The translations under genes were made by a program, and so were the position numbers. From positions 48,298,001 through 48,362,000 of the forward strand of contig OX597830.1 of NCBI GenBank assembly GCA_951406725.2: 64,000 bases of DNA, read 5' to 3'. Below, in pieces: positions 1-12,313 of the stretch (positions are counted from its first letter, which is position 1; every line of letters begins with the position of its first letter). The notes beneath the pieces are model-generated. The model made no database searches. It was not told the DNA's origin and saw only the letters and a program-made list of their open reading frames with translations. The DNA is from Octopus vulgaris (Eukaryota).

Positions 1-845
1 GTGATGCTATCGCCCACGTATCGACTGCTTGGATTTTATTCTATCCAATCAATTTTGAGCGCAACACCAACCTCAGTCGTCTGAAATACTAGGGCCCCTA
101 GTCTGTCTATGAAGATAGCTTCCTCATAGACAGACTAGGACCCCAAATTAACAACATGCTGGTTATTTTCAGCCAGTATATTATTCAGCTACATCTGGGT
201 GCGTGTATAGCGGTATGGCTACCAAGTTTCTCTTATGTTATATTTTATAGCATATATTTTCTAGTTAGTTTGTTTACAGTTAATGCAACGCTACTTATTA
301 TGTTTCCTATTTGGAAATAGATAAAATTATTTAGCTTTTAAAGTAGGGATATATAATGATAAGACCGTCACTTATAACTTAAGTGTTATCATTATACGCA
401 GTCCTAACTACAGCTATATAAATGCCGTAGAGAAATATACTTTCTGGAACGCTAACGAACATTAGCGGGCATGTATATTAAATATATTTTCGTGTTCTTT
501 TGACCGCTATAAAAAGTACAGTTTAATAATTACAGAAATACATTTCATATATAGTTTAAGAACTTCCTGCATGGATGGTAGTCCAGGGATCATTCTCAAA
601 TTATCTTCAGTTCATTTTTTTATCGTCCCAAGTGCTTCTACAATCACTGGTATTGTAACCGTCTCGTGATGCCATCTTTGCTCCTACTACTGTGTAGAAT
701 TATTAAATATTGTTTAGTTTCGACTTTTGTCTTGTACTTGAGATTATCAAAAATATGTGAGGGCTGGAGGTGATAGTAGGAGAAAGAGGAGTAGCTTAGG
801 GGTGGGGCGGATTTTTTTGAATTTTCCTTTCCTTTCTTTTAGGTT
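1..845. repeat. Third paralogous block (1-177 matches 28783-28959; about 565-845 matches 29560-29823)
   Basis: direct sequence match to intron 4 of copy A. Confidence 0.85.
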
Positions 846-1752
846 TCGCGAGTCGGACATCTTTACAGAAGTTTCCTCATTTAAACTTGCAGTTTTGATA
901 CAACCATTTGGTTTATTTTTGTCTTGTTTTTTCTTAATCTTAAATCTATTATTCAAGAAGGATATTGTCATTTTAAGAACACAAGTGTTTGGAACTGAAT
1001 TGGAACTGGTTATATGATAAAGAGCGTGGTTGGATAGCTTAGAAATTCCTCTCAAAATCGCGTGACCCTAAAACACAGTATTTTCGGCTAGTACATTTTA
1101 CCATCATCTCAAGTCGACCAAAGCTTTGTAAGTGAAATTACGGAGAAACTGTGTAGAATCCTGTCCAGTTGGTAACAGTTGTAATTTAAAGGTGAAACCG
1201 TGTCGCATTGTCTCAATCTGATTCTATCTGAGAATTACGTTAAGTGTACACCTATCTATAGAATGTTCTGTGACTTGTACACTAATTCAATGAGTAAGTT
1301 GTCCTGAGGATCGAATTCATCGTCGAAATCAACGGAGATCCACGTAATCATCATATCAAATGTATTTTCATAATTCTTCTCCAAACTTTATCCACGTCCA
1401 AATAAGTTGTATATTACTTGAATCATCGCGTAAAGTGAACATTTTGTAGTTTTAATTTCAAATTCTTATCGTCAGTTCTATGTTAGTAAGATTTCTACTT
1501 TGTAATTAACCTTGTTAATTTCTGAGAGTGTGCAAGAGATCGTGAAATTGTTTAAATTGCTGATATCATCATTTACCGTTGATTACCAATGTGTTAGAAT
1601 GCTGAACATCCTTTGCTACACTGCTTATAGTGTCTCTTCGTTCGGATCTCCTATTGATTTCTGTATACGTTCTAAAATCTCGTCAGCTTAATAGGAATTT
1701 ATCCGACTGATACAGCAACAGAAAAAAGAATAATATTCCTCACGGTCATTAG

Positions 1753-1787
<35 letters not shown>

Positions 1788-2014
1788 CACATCCATTTTA
1801 TTTAGAATTCTCTTTTGAATTTTGTTTGTTTGGAATTATATTTCTCCCAAATTTCGCGACAAAAGTTTGCAGTAATACTCATACCAAAGCACCTCAAATT
1901 CCAGCCCTTAAAAACCGTTCTCTGCCCCTCACTCTATTTTATATACTTCCCCTTTCGCTAATTGACCCCCACTTCATTTATCGTTACATACATACACGTT
2001 GCACACATACACGC

Positions 2015-2045
<31 letters not shown>

Positions 2046-2730
2046 GCACACACAAATTCACACAGGCATACACGTGAATACGTGGACGATAATCTTCTCA
2101 ACAGAAGTGTTACAACCATTTCCGGTTGTTTATATGCGTCAACCCTGTGTATGTCTATTGCTGGTATATTATTGTCACGTAATACAGCCTGGAATGAAAT
2201 GGAGAATAGCGAGGAGACTCCGGAAAGGAGATACAGAAAAGGAGATTAAGGAGAGAAAGACAAAGAGAACAGAGATCAGATTTCGGTGAGGAACAACTGG
2301 AAGCTACACAGAAAGCAGATTGTGGCTATTGGTTAAACCGAAGAGGAAGAACATGCACGCTAAGAAGTAAGGCCTCTGACGATCGTAAATATTGCTTGTA
2401 ACAGAGACTGCAGTGCCGGCAGGAGAAGACATAGATTACCAGCTGTCAATGAAATTTCTATATTTTCGAGACATTCCCATGGACAGGCTCCATTCAATAA
2501 AGATTTTCGAGTTTATCCACAAAAATAATGATGTGTCACTGATTAATCTAAACGTTTTCAAGTCGAAATTGAGCCCGAAGACATACTTTGTTTTTCTCCT
2601 TTCCGTGAACCAGGATGGCAACAAAAAATGGTAGAACTATTCCATATTTTAGTGATGAAGAATTCTGTACATTGGTTATATTATTAGGAAGGATATGTGT
2701 CCTCGGGCATATATATATATATATATATAT

Positions 2731-2805
2731 AGCCACGGGAATATAGCGTAATGGTTAAGGGCGCGGGCTACTATCCTCAAGATTCCAAGTTCAATTCCAG
2801 GCTGT
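2731..2805 (+). mobile_element. tRNA-derived SINE head fragment
   Basis: A-box-like tagcgtaatggtt and B-box-like gttcaattcc between (TA)n and (AAT)n. Confidence 0.55.
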
Positions 2806-2808
2806 ATA

Positions 2809-2884
<76 letters not shown>

Positions 2885-2887
<3 letters not shown>

Positions 2888-3235
2888 GATATGGCATGCC
2901 CTGTTGACAAACTATGCAATAAAGAATAAAGAAATGTCGATAGATATGACAGGTTAACTAGGGAGCTTAAGTAGTTGTTTTCGATGAAAATGGTGGTAGT
3001 AGTACCAGTAATTGTCGGGGTCCTGGGAACAGTGAGTAAAAATTTTGAGAAGTCCATGGAACAAATAGAGGCGGCAATAAAGGAGGAGAACTTGCATAAA
3101 ACAGCACTACTTGGAATTGTTAGAATACTCTGGATGGTGAGTGAAAAATAAGAGGTGTTACCTTAGTTCACTGGTAATGAACAGCTAACACCGTAATAGA
3201 TTTCCAGCGTGAGAAGCTGTGCAAAGACAATAATT
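2885..3235 (+). mobile_element. Decayed 3' end of RLE-type (R4/Dong-like) LINE
   Basis: VVVVPVIVGVLGT / KTALLG...RIL-like remnants, flanked by (TAA)n. Confidence 0.6.
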
Positions 3236-3300
<65 letters not shown>

Positions 3301-3439
3301 TATAATAATAATAATAATAACTATAATAATAATAATAACAACAACATCAGCAAAAATACCTGAGGAAGGCTGGAGAGTAAATCAACCGAAGCGTTATGGT
3401 AATAATAAACAAGATGTGGCCTCATATCCGTCCAATGTA

Positions 3440-4035
3440 AATAATGAATAAATGGTAGGAAATATTCTCAATCGATGGAACATCACATTGTTGCCGCAGA
3501 GTAGTCAAACATGAGTAGATCAATCCCATTATTCAAGGGGGGGGATCTTCCAGCATTGCGCGGTAGACTTCTGCTTACAAGTGGAAGCAAATAACCTGGA
3601 TTTTATCATGAAACAACAACAAATATTGAACGTGGAACTTTACAAAAGCTCAGATGATCATCTAAATAAGGTTGCGCATAATACTGGTTTTCGGGCTGGA
3701 CACACACATACACTTATTCATCCGTCTTCATTCCAAGAATTTCCAAGAAACATGCAAGAATGGTATTACGAGGCAATGGCTTTAGTAAGGCAACATGGCT
3801 CGCCTGATATTTTCATTTTATAACATTTAATCCAAATTGACAAGAAATTAAGGATAACTTATTTCATGAACAAAATCCCTCAAACAGAACAGATTTTGGA
3901 ACATAGTGTTTCAAACTGAAAGAAATATAACTTTTGAATGACGTTAAAATAAAACACATTTTCTATAGAGTTGTTTGCTCGTTTGCTCACCATTGAGTAT
4001 CGGAAGAAACGATTGCCATGTGGCCATACCTTAGT
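3440..4035 (+). mobile_element. Helitron Rep/helicase pseudogene fragment (5' part)
   Basis: PRNMQ..YYEAMALVRQHGSPDIFI and IEY.K.RLP.GH-like motifs of helitron_like_N, with frameshifts. Confidence 0.7.
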
Positions 4036-4039
4036 AATA

Positions 4040-6457
4040 TGATGTGGAAGGATTCCGACCATCCTACCAAGTGACTAAAGGTGGGTTGACTCATTGTTAT
4101 AAAACAAAAGAACTGTGAGCGATTGGCAGTTTGGGTTGGCAAGCAGTTCACTGTGAGCCGTGATTGAGTGCATTGAATCTCGTGTAACAGTAATAGTAGT
4201 GCATCGTGTAAATACTTTATTTGCCCCAGGATATAAAAGTAGCGATGAGTTGTTCGAAGCTTGCGTTGGACGTTTGAATTTTTTTTTTTTTAAGGAAACC
4301 AAAGAAATAATCGTTTTAGCATGGACGACTTATTGTCCTCCGTGATGCAGTTGCAACAGCAGCAGCAGCGAAAACAACAGAAACTAAAGCAGAAACTACA
4401 GCAGCAACTGCAGCAGCAGAAGCAAGTACAACAGCAACAACAGTGGAGGCGCAATGGCCCAGTGGTTAGGGCAGCAGACTCGCTGTCGGAGGATCGCGGT
4501 TTCGATTCCCAGACCGGGCGTTGTGTGTGTTTATTGAGCGAAAATACCTAAAGCTTGTACTCTTTCTCTCCAACTTTCTCTCACTCTTTCTTCCTGTTTC
4601 TTATTCCCGACTTCCTACGCAACCGCTGAGCCTGGATGTACAATCATCCATCTGTCGATGATTTCTGTGTCAGGGGTTGACCTGCTTTCTCTTCTGCGGG
4701 TCTTACGAATAGCAAAGGACCACGTTTCGGACTTCTCCCACTCTGGGACAAAGACCGCTTCGCTCAACAAACAAACAAACAAACAGCAACAACAACAAAA
4801 CTAACAGTTACTGAAACTAATATTGAAGAATTCCGAAAATACTTCAGGTTCGTTCTCGCCAGACAGCGTAACAAGCTCAATTGAACAATTCAATTACAAT
4901 CCAGAAGGGATTATCTTCTCTGCATATTTTCGAAGATACGAGGAAATCTTCAAAGAAGAAAACAAAAGTTGGTGCGACGATAAAAAAAAGTACAAATGCG
5001 TTTAAGAATGCTATCTCTAGCCGAATACGAGAAATATGGTAATTGTTTTCTGCCGAAGAAACCTGGTGATATTTGTTTCGACGAAGCAATATTTTATCGA
5101 AAATTTTCAATGAAAGAAGTTTCCTCTTCAATACTCGCTGGCAATGTTTAAATTGGGTCAGAAACGCTGCTGAAGATTTCGTCACCTATGTCGGAGTGTT
5201 TAACAGAGAGTGTGAGAAATTAAAATTGAATGGGTTGACCCCGGATGTGTTCAAGTGTTTAGTTTTTTGTTCAAAGGTTTTCTACAAACAACGATGCAGA
5301 TATACGCTCCCAGATATTGAAAAGTTAGAAAGCAGAAGTATATCAGAGGATTATAAATCTACGACACAACGCAGATAAACTTGAAGAAAAAGATTAATCT
5401 CATGTTTAAGTGCATCTACCGGTAACAGATAAGAAAAAAGAGAAAAATATATAAAGAGCGAAAACATGTTGTGGGTGGTGTGGTCTACGTTTTAAAAGTA
5501 ACTGTCCGTTTAAAAATATAAAATGTTTCAAGTGTGGCCGAATAGGTTATAAAAAATCACACTGTAAAACAAAACGTCGTAAATGGTTCAACAGAAAAAA
5601 AAACGTCAACCGGTTATCGGTGACAAGGCATACGAAAGTGCTCCAAAGGAAATTTTTGTACGTAAAAAGTAATAACACAAACGTAAAGTTACGCTTGGAC
5701 GCGGACAGCGATATCTCGATAATTAACACAGATACATGATTAAATGAAACTTCAAACATTGCCCGTGGTGTTTCATGCAAAAAATTATATTTTAACGGCG
5801 AATTTATAAGAGACACTACGTTTCGTTAAAAAACCTTAAAAGCCAAAGTTTTTGTGTTAAATAATACGACAAATTTAATCGGAACTGACCGGATGGAATT
5901 AATTAACTTATGGGACCTTCTCACAGATCTTTTCTCCAAGACTGTGAGTGTTTTTTTCCTATAGCACAATAAGTCGTTAGTAGAACTGAAAATAATTTTT
6001 TTTTAAAATTAAACAGTAGCAAGATTTTTTCTAAATTGGATCTCTCTGACGCGTACCTACAAATTAGAGTAGACGATGAATGCTCTAAATACATAACAAT
6101 TAACACACAGGAAAGACTGTATAAATACAACAGGTTACAATTTGGCTTAAAAGTCACACCAGCGATTTTTCAACAGATTTTGGATGCAATATTAGCGGAC
6201 TGTGAATTTTTAACTCCATACCTGGATAATATACTCATTAAAAAAACGAATCCAGGGATGAACACGTAGAGCACGTAAAATATGTACTCGAAAAAATTAG
6301 ATTATTACGTCCTTAATTGAGTGTACCGATTGGCAGTTCAAGTTGGCAAGCAGTTCACTGTGAGCCGTGATTGAGAGCGTTGAGACTCAGGTAATAGTAA
6401 TAGTAGTGAGAAGTTGTTAAATTATATATCGAACACAAGGATATAAAATAATATTAC
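4040..6457 (+). mobile_element. Decayed Ty3/gypsy LTR retrotransposon (LTR about 4040-4235, gag-pol remnants, partial 3' LTR about 6325-6457)
   Basis: RT motif LDLSDAYLQI...YNRLQFG...PAIFQ...YLDNIL; repeated LTR segment gattggcagtt...gcagttcactgtgagccgtgattgag. Confidence 0.8.
4445..4785 (+). mobile_element. tRNA-derived SINE inserted in the gypsy element
   Basis: tggcccagtggttagg A box, ggtttcgattcc B box, (AAAC)n tail. Confidence 0.7.
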
Positions 6458-7330
6458 ATGCAGATGACTCGTTGCAAACAGATCAGATTGTTTGCAGCAG
6501 CGAAGTTTCTGTCGTAGAAACTGAGCATTTGTTTCATGATATTCTAAAACAACACGCATGAAACATGGGCCTGAGAGTGAAAGACACCTGAGAGGATGTT
6601 GCATGGTGAACGGACACTGTCAAAGAAGATTCCTAGCGAATATCTTGAAGAAACATGAGCAAACGACAATGGTTATCCATGCTACAGGTGACGCCAAGGA
6701 GGGACGATACAAGTTACTAAAGTTAATAATAGCTGTGTAGTCCTCAATAAAAAAGGACCAATGTCGTACTTTCAAAGCGCATGTAAATATGCAAATATGT
6801 CCGACTACCAAGTCAATGAAATACATATTCGAGTAACTCTATAAAGGCTACAAGAACATTAAATTTAATATAAGTAAATGAAAGATGGACGTTGAAGTTG
6901 TACATGATGAAAATATATAACAGACCCCATGCTATTATACTCGCTGTCAGTGCAACAGCAAGAATCTTTCTTTTACAGAGAAAGTAATGAGAAAGAAGCG
7001 TTAGAGAGAGAGAAGAGCTGCCCGTCGTAACACGCCTCTACCATCATGGTTTGTCCTTAGTAAATGATACAGAAATACAAGACGCCGGTTGCATATTGAT
7101 ATTCCTTATCATTATGTGTGTGACAAAGGGATGACTGTTTGGAAAGTACACGAGAGATGAGAAGAGAGAATTATTTCAAGACTTTAGTTTCCAAGTCCAA
7201 AGCAAAAAGAAATATTTTATCTGAGATTGTTATTGTTACCTGTTGAAGGAGCTCGCATTTTTTGACGATCTTAAAATAGCTGATGGTGTATGATATAAGT
7301 TGGCATGAAATAGCTGTCATTATTTTAATA
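6458..7330 (+). mobile_element. Helitron pseudogene fragment (3' continuation); paralog 41350-42200
   Basis: HGP...CMVNGHCQRRF and HVNMQIC-like Helitron Rep motifs, degenerate. Confidence 0.6.
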
Positions 7331-7639
7331 ACGCAAGTGGAAATATATACTTTATAAATGAGTGCGACCCTTTAGTTTCAACTCACAGCGGGAAATGTCA
7401 CATTTAAGAATTATTGGAATTTTTAAAAGAATGAAAAACGGCAAAGTCTTTAGATACGAAATTTATCAATGGTTACTTTCATTGTTTTTGATAAAGTTGT
7501 TGGTATTTTTGTATAGTAGTATAAACATGCATACGCATACACATGCAAAAGCACACACACATACACACACGTACATGCACATGCATTCACACAGACCGGC
7601 ACGCACACACACATACACACATATATATATATTTATATG

Positions 7640-7872
7640 TATCATCTGGTGATCTTATGCCCTCTCAATCGTTCAGTCAATACCTTTTCACCCGGAGTAT
7701 CTTTATAAAGTGTATTGAATAGATACAAACACTTCAGTTGTGGAATACAATGCCAGCTAATAGTGATAAATCGATACGAAGTTCATATAATGATTATCTT
7801 TCATTAAGAGGATAAATTCAAGCAAGTTACATCTCGTTTTCGACAGCCATTTCTACCTAGAAAACAGACAGG
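7640..7872 (+). promoter_or_regulatory. Putative core promoter / 5' UTR of copy A (TATAAA at 7704; paralog 42898-43129)
   Basis: non-repetitive block immediately upstream of the ATG, conserved in both copies; TSS not determinable. Confidence 0.35.
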
Positions 7873-7903
7873 ATGTTGAGGAGGAATTATCTTCGAATTA
7901 TTT
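7873..7903 (+). CDS. PAN-domain gene copy A, coding exon 1 (MLRRNYLRII, start of signal peptide)
   Basis: ATG at 7873, 10 codons + 1 nt, then GTAAGT donor at 7904; conserved in copy B (43130); joins in frame to the next exon to give a basic N-region plus hydrophobic core. Confidence 0.8.
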
Positions 7904-7997
7904 GTAAGTAAATGTTTTATTGTATAATTAATATGCTTTTAATTTTTTAAGAATTTAGCCATCACGACTGAGACCCCACAAGAACACATTTTGTATG

Positions 7998-8087
<90 letters not shown>

Positions 8088-8261
8088 ATATATATGAGTT
8101 CAGCAAAAACATGGTACTTAAGTTGAGGGACCAGAATTTAGTACGGTATTATCCATACAATTTCAAATTAATGTGATTAAAATCAAAATAAGCAACAAGG
8201 ATATTCAAAAATAATGCAATTTTCTCCTCTCTCTCTATTGTGGTAAAACTTTGGTATATAA

Positions 8262-8779
8262 CGTAAATCCTCGAGTATAATCCGCATTTTTTCCTAAAAT
8301 CTAAAGATCAACATACCTACTGCGTACTATATACGAGGTTAAAAATGAAAATTATTTTCTAAGCTATGTACGAGTCTCTATTTGCTCTCTGGCTATGTTT
8401 ATTCAGACGCATTTTGTGATGTCGGGCGTGAAAGTACCTTAAGCTAAACCTGAAAGCAATGAAGTCATAAAAGAATCATCCATAACTTGCAGTAAGCAAC
8501 ATTTCTTAAACGTTATTACTGTTATCTCTTTATTTTCTGCAAACAAAATGCACAAAAATACTACACGTTCCCACTATGTTATATATACAATAATAATAAA
8601 GGACGTTACCATATACATTTTTACAAACCAAGGACGTTATATAGACCTCCTTGACTCAAGTTAGAGAAGGAGTGCATATTATACACAAGGTTTAGGTTTT
8701 TCAGAGGTACACCCCCCCCAAAAAAAAAAAATCCCCTGCGTGTTATACTCAAGGGCGGACTATACTCGAGGATTTACGG
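8262..8779. mobile_element. MITE, pogo/Tigger-like TIRs; paralog about 43427-43941
   Basis: cgtaaatcctcgagtata...gc and gcggactatactcgaggatttacg terminal inverted repeats; no ORF. Confidence 0.75.
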
Positions 8780-9850
8780 TACTCCAAATATTCAAAGAAT
8801 TTTTATTCTTATGTTAAAATTTCATTCTTAATAATCTTCTTGATTACCCTAAATTTTAACTTTACACAATAAGACAATATCGTTTGAAAAGATCTTTAGA
8901 AATTACTTGATTTATCTCTTTCTTAAATGGCTCTACCCTCCGGATCTTAGTATTGACAAGGGCCTTTATATAAATAACCCTTCTAAACAAGTACAACTAA
9001 GAAACTATAAATATCATGTAAGGAGTAACAATATTAACTTCTTAAATCTATGATATAACCCTTAATCAAAAAAAAAGATTAGTGTAAAATACGATTGTTC
9101 CATAACTTAAATATTCCATTAGCTGACATCAAACATCAGTCTTCAATTCATATTAGCTAAATAAGTAAATATATAATTTTTAGTCTAATATATTTTGAAT
9201 TATTATATTTTTTCTAAAAATCATTTCTATTGGTGTTAATAAGCTACATATGCTTTACCATAGTATTGGTAATTAAGCTATTTTATTTCCTTTTCTATGG
9301 TGTTCTGCCCTACCTGATCATTTTATTGTATTTCTTTATTATTTTATAATTAGCCTTTATTTATAAAATTAATTCTAATTTTTGTATCTCTATAAATTCA
9401 TACTATACTGGTATATTCACTACTTATAAAAAAACCCGCTTAGATTATAATTTTGTTTATATATAATTAACATGTTCCTTTGCTTCAATACTCCTTTATT
9501 AATACCAGTTTATACCAATTAATCAATATTTTATTCACCACTGAGTATCACAAGGAACGATTGTCATGTGACTATATCTTAATAATGTTACATGCAGACG
9601 ACCCGTTGACACAACAATATTTCTCAATGAAGAGAAACGTTTGCGTAACCAAATTCCTGCCAAAATGAAAGACTACGGTGCGTGGAAACAATTTTAGGGT
9701 TTACAAATAAATGTTCCTTCGTATTACTCCAACTTATGCAATTATACATGTATGTATGTATATATGTATATGTGTTTTAATATGTATGCACATATATATA
9801 CACATGTGTATACATACATTCATACATACATATGTACATACATGCATACA

Positions 9851-9887
<37 letters not shown>

Positions 9888-9915
9888 GCATATATATATA
9901 TATATATACATACAT

Positions 9916-9989
<74 letters not shown>

Positions 9990-10209
9990 ATATATTTTAT
10001 ACATATATATATATATATATATAAAATAAATATTAGGGAATAAATCCAAATTTACAAGGAAAATCAGATTTAGGATTGAATCCAATTTTATAGTAAAATA
10101 TTATATAATATTAATTAGAGACAAAACCACTATTTTCCAAATCAAACAAAGAAAGACTTAATCCAATACATAAAAAAATTTTAATATAAATTAAATAAAA
10201 TTATATTCG

Positions 10210-10255
10210 CCACTACAATTGTTTCATGTCTCTTCTCAGGACATTCATCAGGTGG
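10210..10255 (-). ncRNA. Minimal type I hammerhead ribozyme within a Penelope-like repeat (about 10035-10280)
   Basis: minus strand ccac-CTGATGA-atgtc(9 nt)gacat-GAAA-caattg-TA-gtgg: intact core, stems I and II, palindromic short stem III, GUA cleavage triplet. Confidence 0.75.
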
Positions 10256-11461
10256 ATTTCAGATCTTCTATTCTATTTTAAGTTAGTGGGTGAATATTAA
10301 CAGGACCTAATTCTTCTGAACAATGCCTTTTCCTTGTCCAGTTAGGTGAAAATTAATCAGGGATCGTTGGTTGTCACTAGACTCCACAACACTCACCCTC
10401 AGTGTTCGTTGATTGTCACTCATTTCCACGACACTCACTCTCTTGAGATATTGACTATTTTTATGCCATCTCTATTACTTAAATCCAACAAGACTATTTT
10501 GAATCGTTGTGTAAAAGTCTGGTAGTTTAATATGGAAGAATTAGTTAATATAAATTTTATGTCGTAACTCTCTACGACAATTTTCTTTGAATTCTAAATG
10601 TACTGTAAATATTAAATGTATTTAAATAAACTAATTTAGTAAATAATTTCTCTTTCTTCCTTTTCTACAACCTGTTAATGAGATTTATTTCTGCATCCAT
10701 GAAACTGTTATTATGGCGGTGACGTTTCAACATGTACGTTTCAGCGTCTTGGTGTATAATTCATCACGGTGTTTACGCAGCCTGAGTTAAGATTTATGCA
10801 TTGTGGTAACACTTATAGTTATGTTATAAGTGAATGGTTTATCCCCATAGAATTCTACTCAGTAAACATCTATATTTATTATCTTTTCCAAGTCAAAAAC
10901 ATTCTACACCAGCTAATCCAACACAACCCTATATATTGGTGACAAGCCGACGTGGACTTAGAAAAGTCTACTCAGGAGAATAATCACTCTATAAATAAGA
11001 TAGAATCAACCCGTTATAAAAGTGGTGACTCGCCTTTATAAAAACTGGTTAATTCTACGAACAAGTTATACGTAATACTTTCACTAAAGTCTCTGAAGTG
11101 TCTAGAATGTTCTCTTCCAAAAATACTGATGCTTCTGATCTCGTTTGAAACAAATAACATTTCTTTTTCTTTCTTCCTCTTTTTCTATTTTTGCTACTCT
11201 CTCTTTTTATCTCACCCTCACTCCTCCTACCCCTCTCTCTTCTGTTCCCTCTCTTTCTATCCATCACCAATTTATCGCACTCCCTCATTATTTCAATGTA
11301 TAATTTCATGGTGATGTAGTGGTGGTCATCGCCGTATTTGTTACTGAATTATGCTTGTAGCACTTCTCTTTCTTATTCCTTTCATCTTCATTCTTTGTCA
11401 ATTAATGTTAAACGTGAATATGAAATATGAAATTTTTCTTCAAAATAAATTTTCATTGCAG

Positions 11462-11497
11462 TTCTCTTCTACATCTCACTGACATTTGGAAATGGAC
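11462..11497 (+). CDS. PAN-domain gene copy A, exon 2 (FLFYISLTFGNG, rest of signal peptide)
   Basis: tttcattgcAG acceptor, 36 nt, GTAAGT donor; phase 1-1; identical in copy B (47085-47120). Confidence 0.85.
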
Positions 11498-12055
11498 GTA
11501 AGTAAATTTATATCAATATATAGATATATATCTATGAAAATTATGAATATTACTACTCAAAACTTTAATTTATAAGTTCAGTGGAGGAAAATATTTTCCT
11601 TTTCTAAGTAAATTAGATGAAAAGAAAACTCAAGATAAATCTCGTATTATGACGAATTCGCTTCTTAACATAATTTCCATTGGTGATAATTCAGTTTTAC
11701 GTCAGTTTGTAAGCATTTTGTTAAATAAAACAAAGGGCTGGTATTAGGGGACATTCTTTACAACCGACAACCGTTAAACATTATAGTATATAACTTGTGA
11801 ATCATTTAAATAATAGAATTAATTAAACAGCATTTAAAACTCATTCGCAGTCATTTTCATTAAACAGATTATATATCCCAAGATGCTTTGTACCTTACAA
11901 TATGTTAGTAACAACTCTATCACTTATTCCTGGTAAAAATATCAATGCTGATCCTCAAACATTTAATATTCTCTATCTTTATTATTATCTATTTTCACAA
12001 TGTTTAATTTTCGTCTTCGTATTTTGGTTGTTAAATTTGCCTGGCTTTGTTACAG

Positions 12056-12313
12056 TTGAATATCTGAAGTATTTTATGAAAGTACCAAACTGTGCTCTGA
12101 AAGACGGTAAAACATTGATGACACTTGACCTGGACGCCTTCAACTGTTCGAAGAGTTGTTTTGAAACTTCTGCATGTAAATCCTTCGTGAGCAGAACGAT
12201 AAGTCCAAGCTGTATTTTATACGAAGAAGACTCAACAGAGAGGATGCTAATAAGTGAATATAATACCCATTTTTATCAGTTGAGAAGATCTGTGCCGACC
12301 AAGTATAGAGACG
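12056..12313 (+). CDS. PAN-domain gene copy A, exon 3 (PAN/apple-like domain 1)
   Basis: ttacAG acceptor, 258 nt, GTAAAC donor; encodes C-x3-C-x5-C-x-SF...C-x-L pattern (CSKSCFETSACKSF...SCILY) typical of PAN/apple domains. Confidence 0.9.

Noticed and set aside
2731-2805. tRNA gene (also 4445-4520)
   Set aside because: A/B boxes present but no convincing full cloverleaf; context indicates SINE heads.
4321-4551. Poly-Q protein ORF
   Set aside because: CAG/CAA-rich gag leader of the decayed gypsy element running into a SINE.
9711-10085. Numerous YI/HT/CV/poly-I/L/Y ORFs here and across the window
   Set aside because: Translations of (TA)n, (TACA)n, (CA)n and (TAA)n microsatellites.
11902-12055. 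Hydrophobic N-terminal extensions of ORFs 11902, 47523, 33016 and C-terminal tails of ORFs 26849, 60560 resembling TM or signal segments
   Set aside because: They are translations of T-rich intron sequence beyond clear AG acceptors and GT donors; the spliced model supplies a proper signal peptide.
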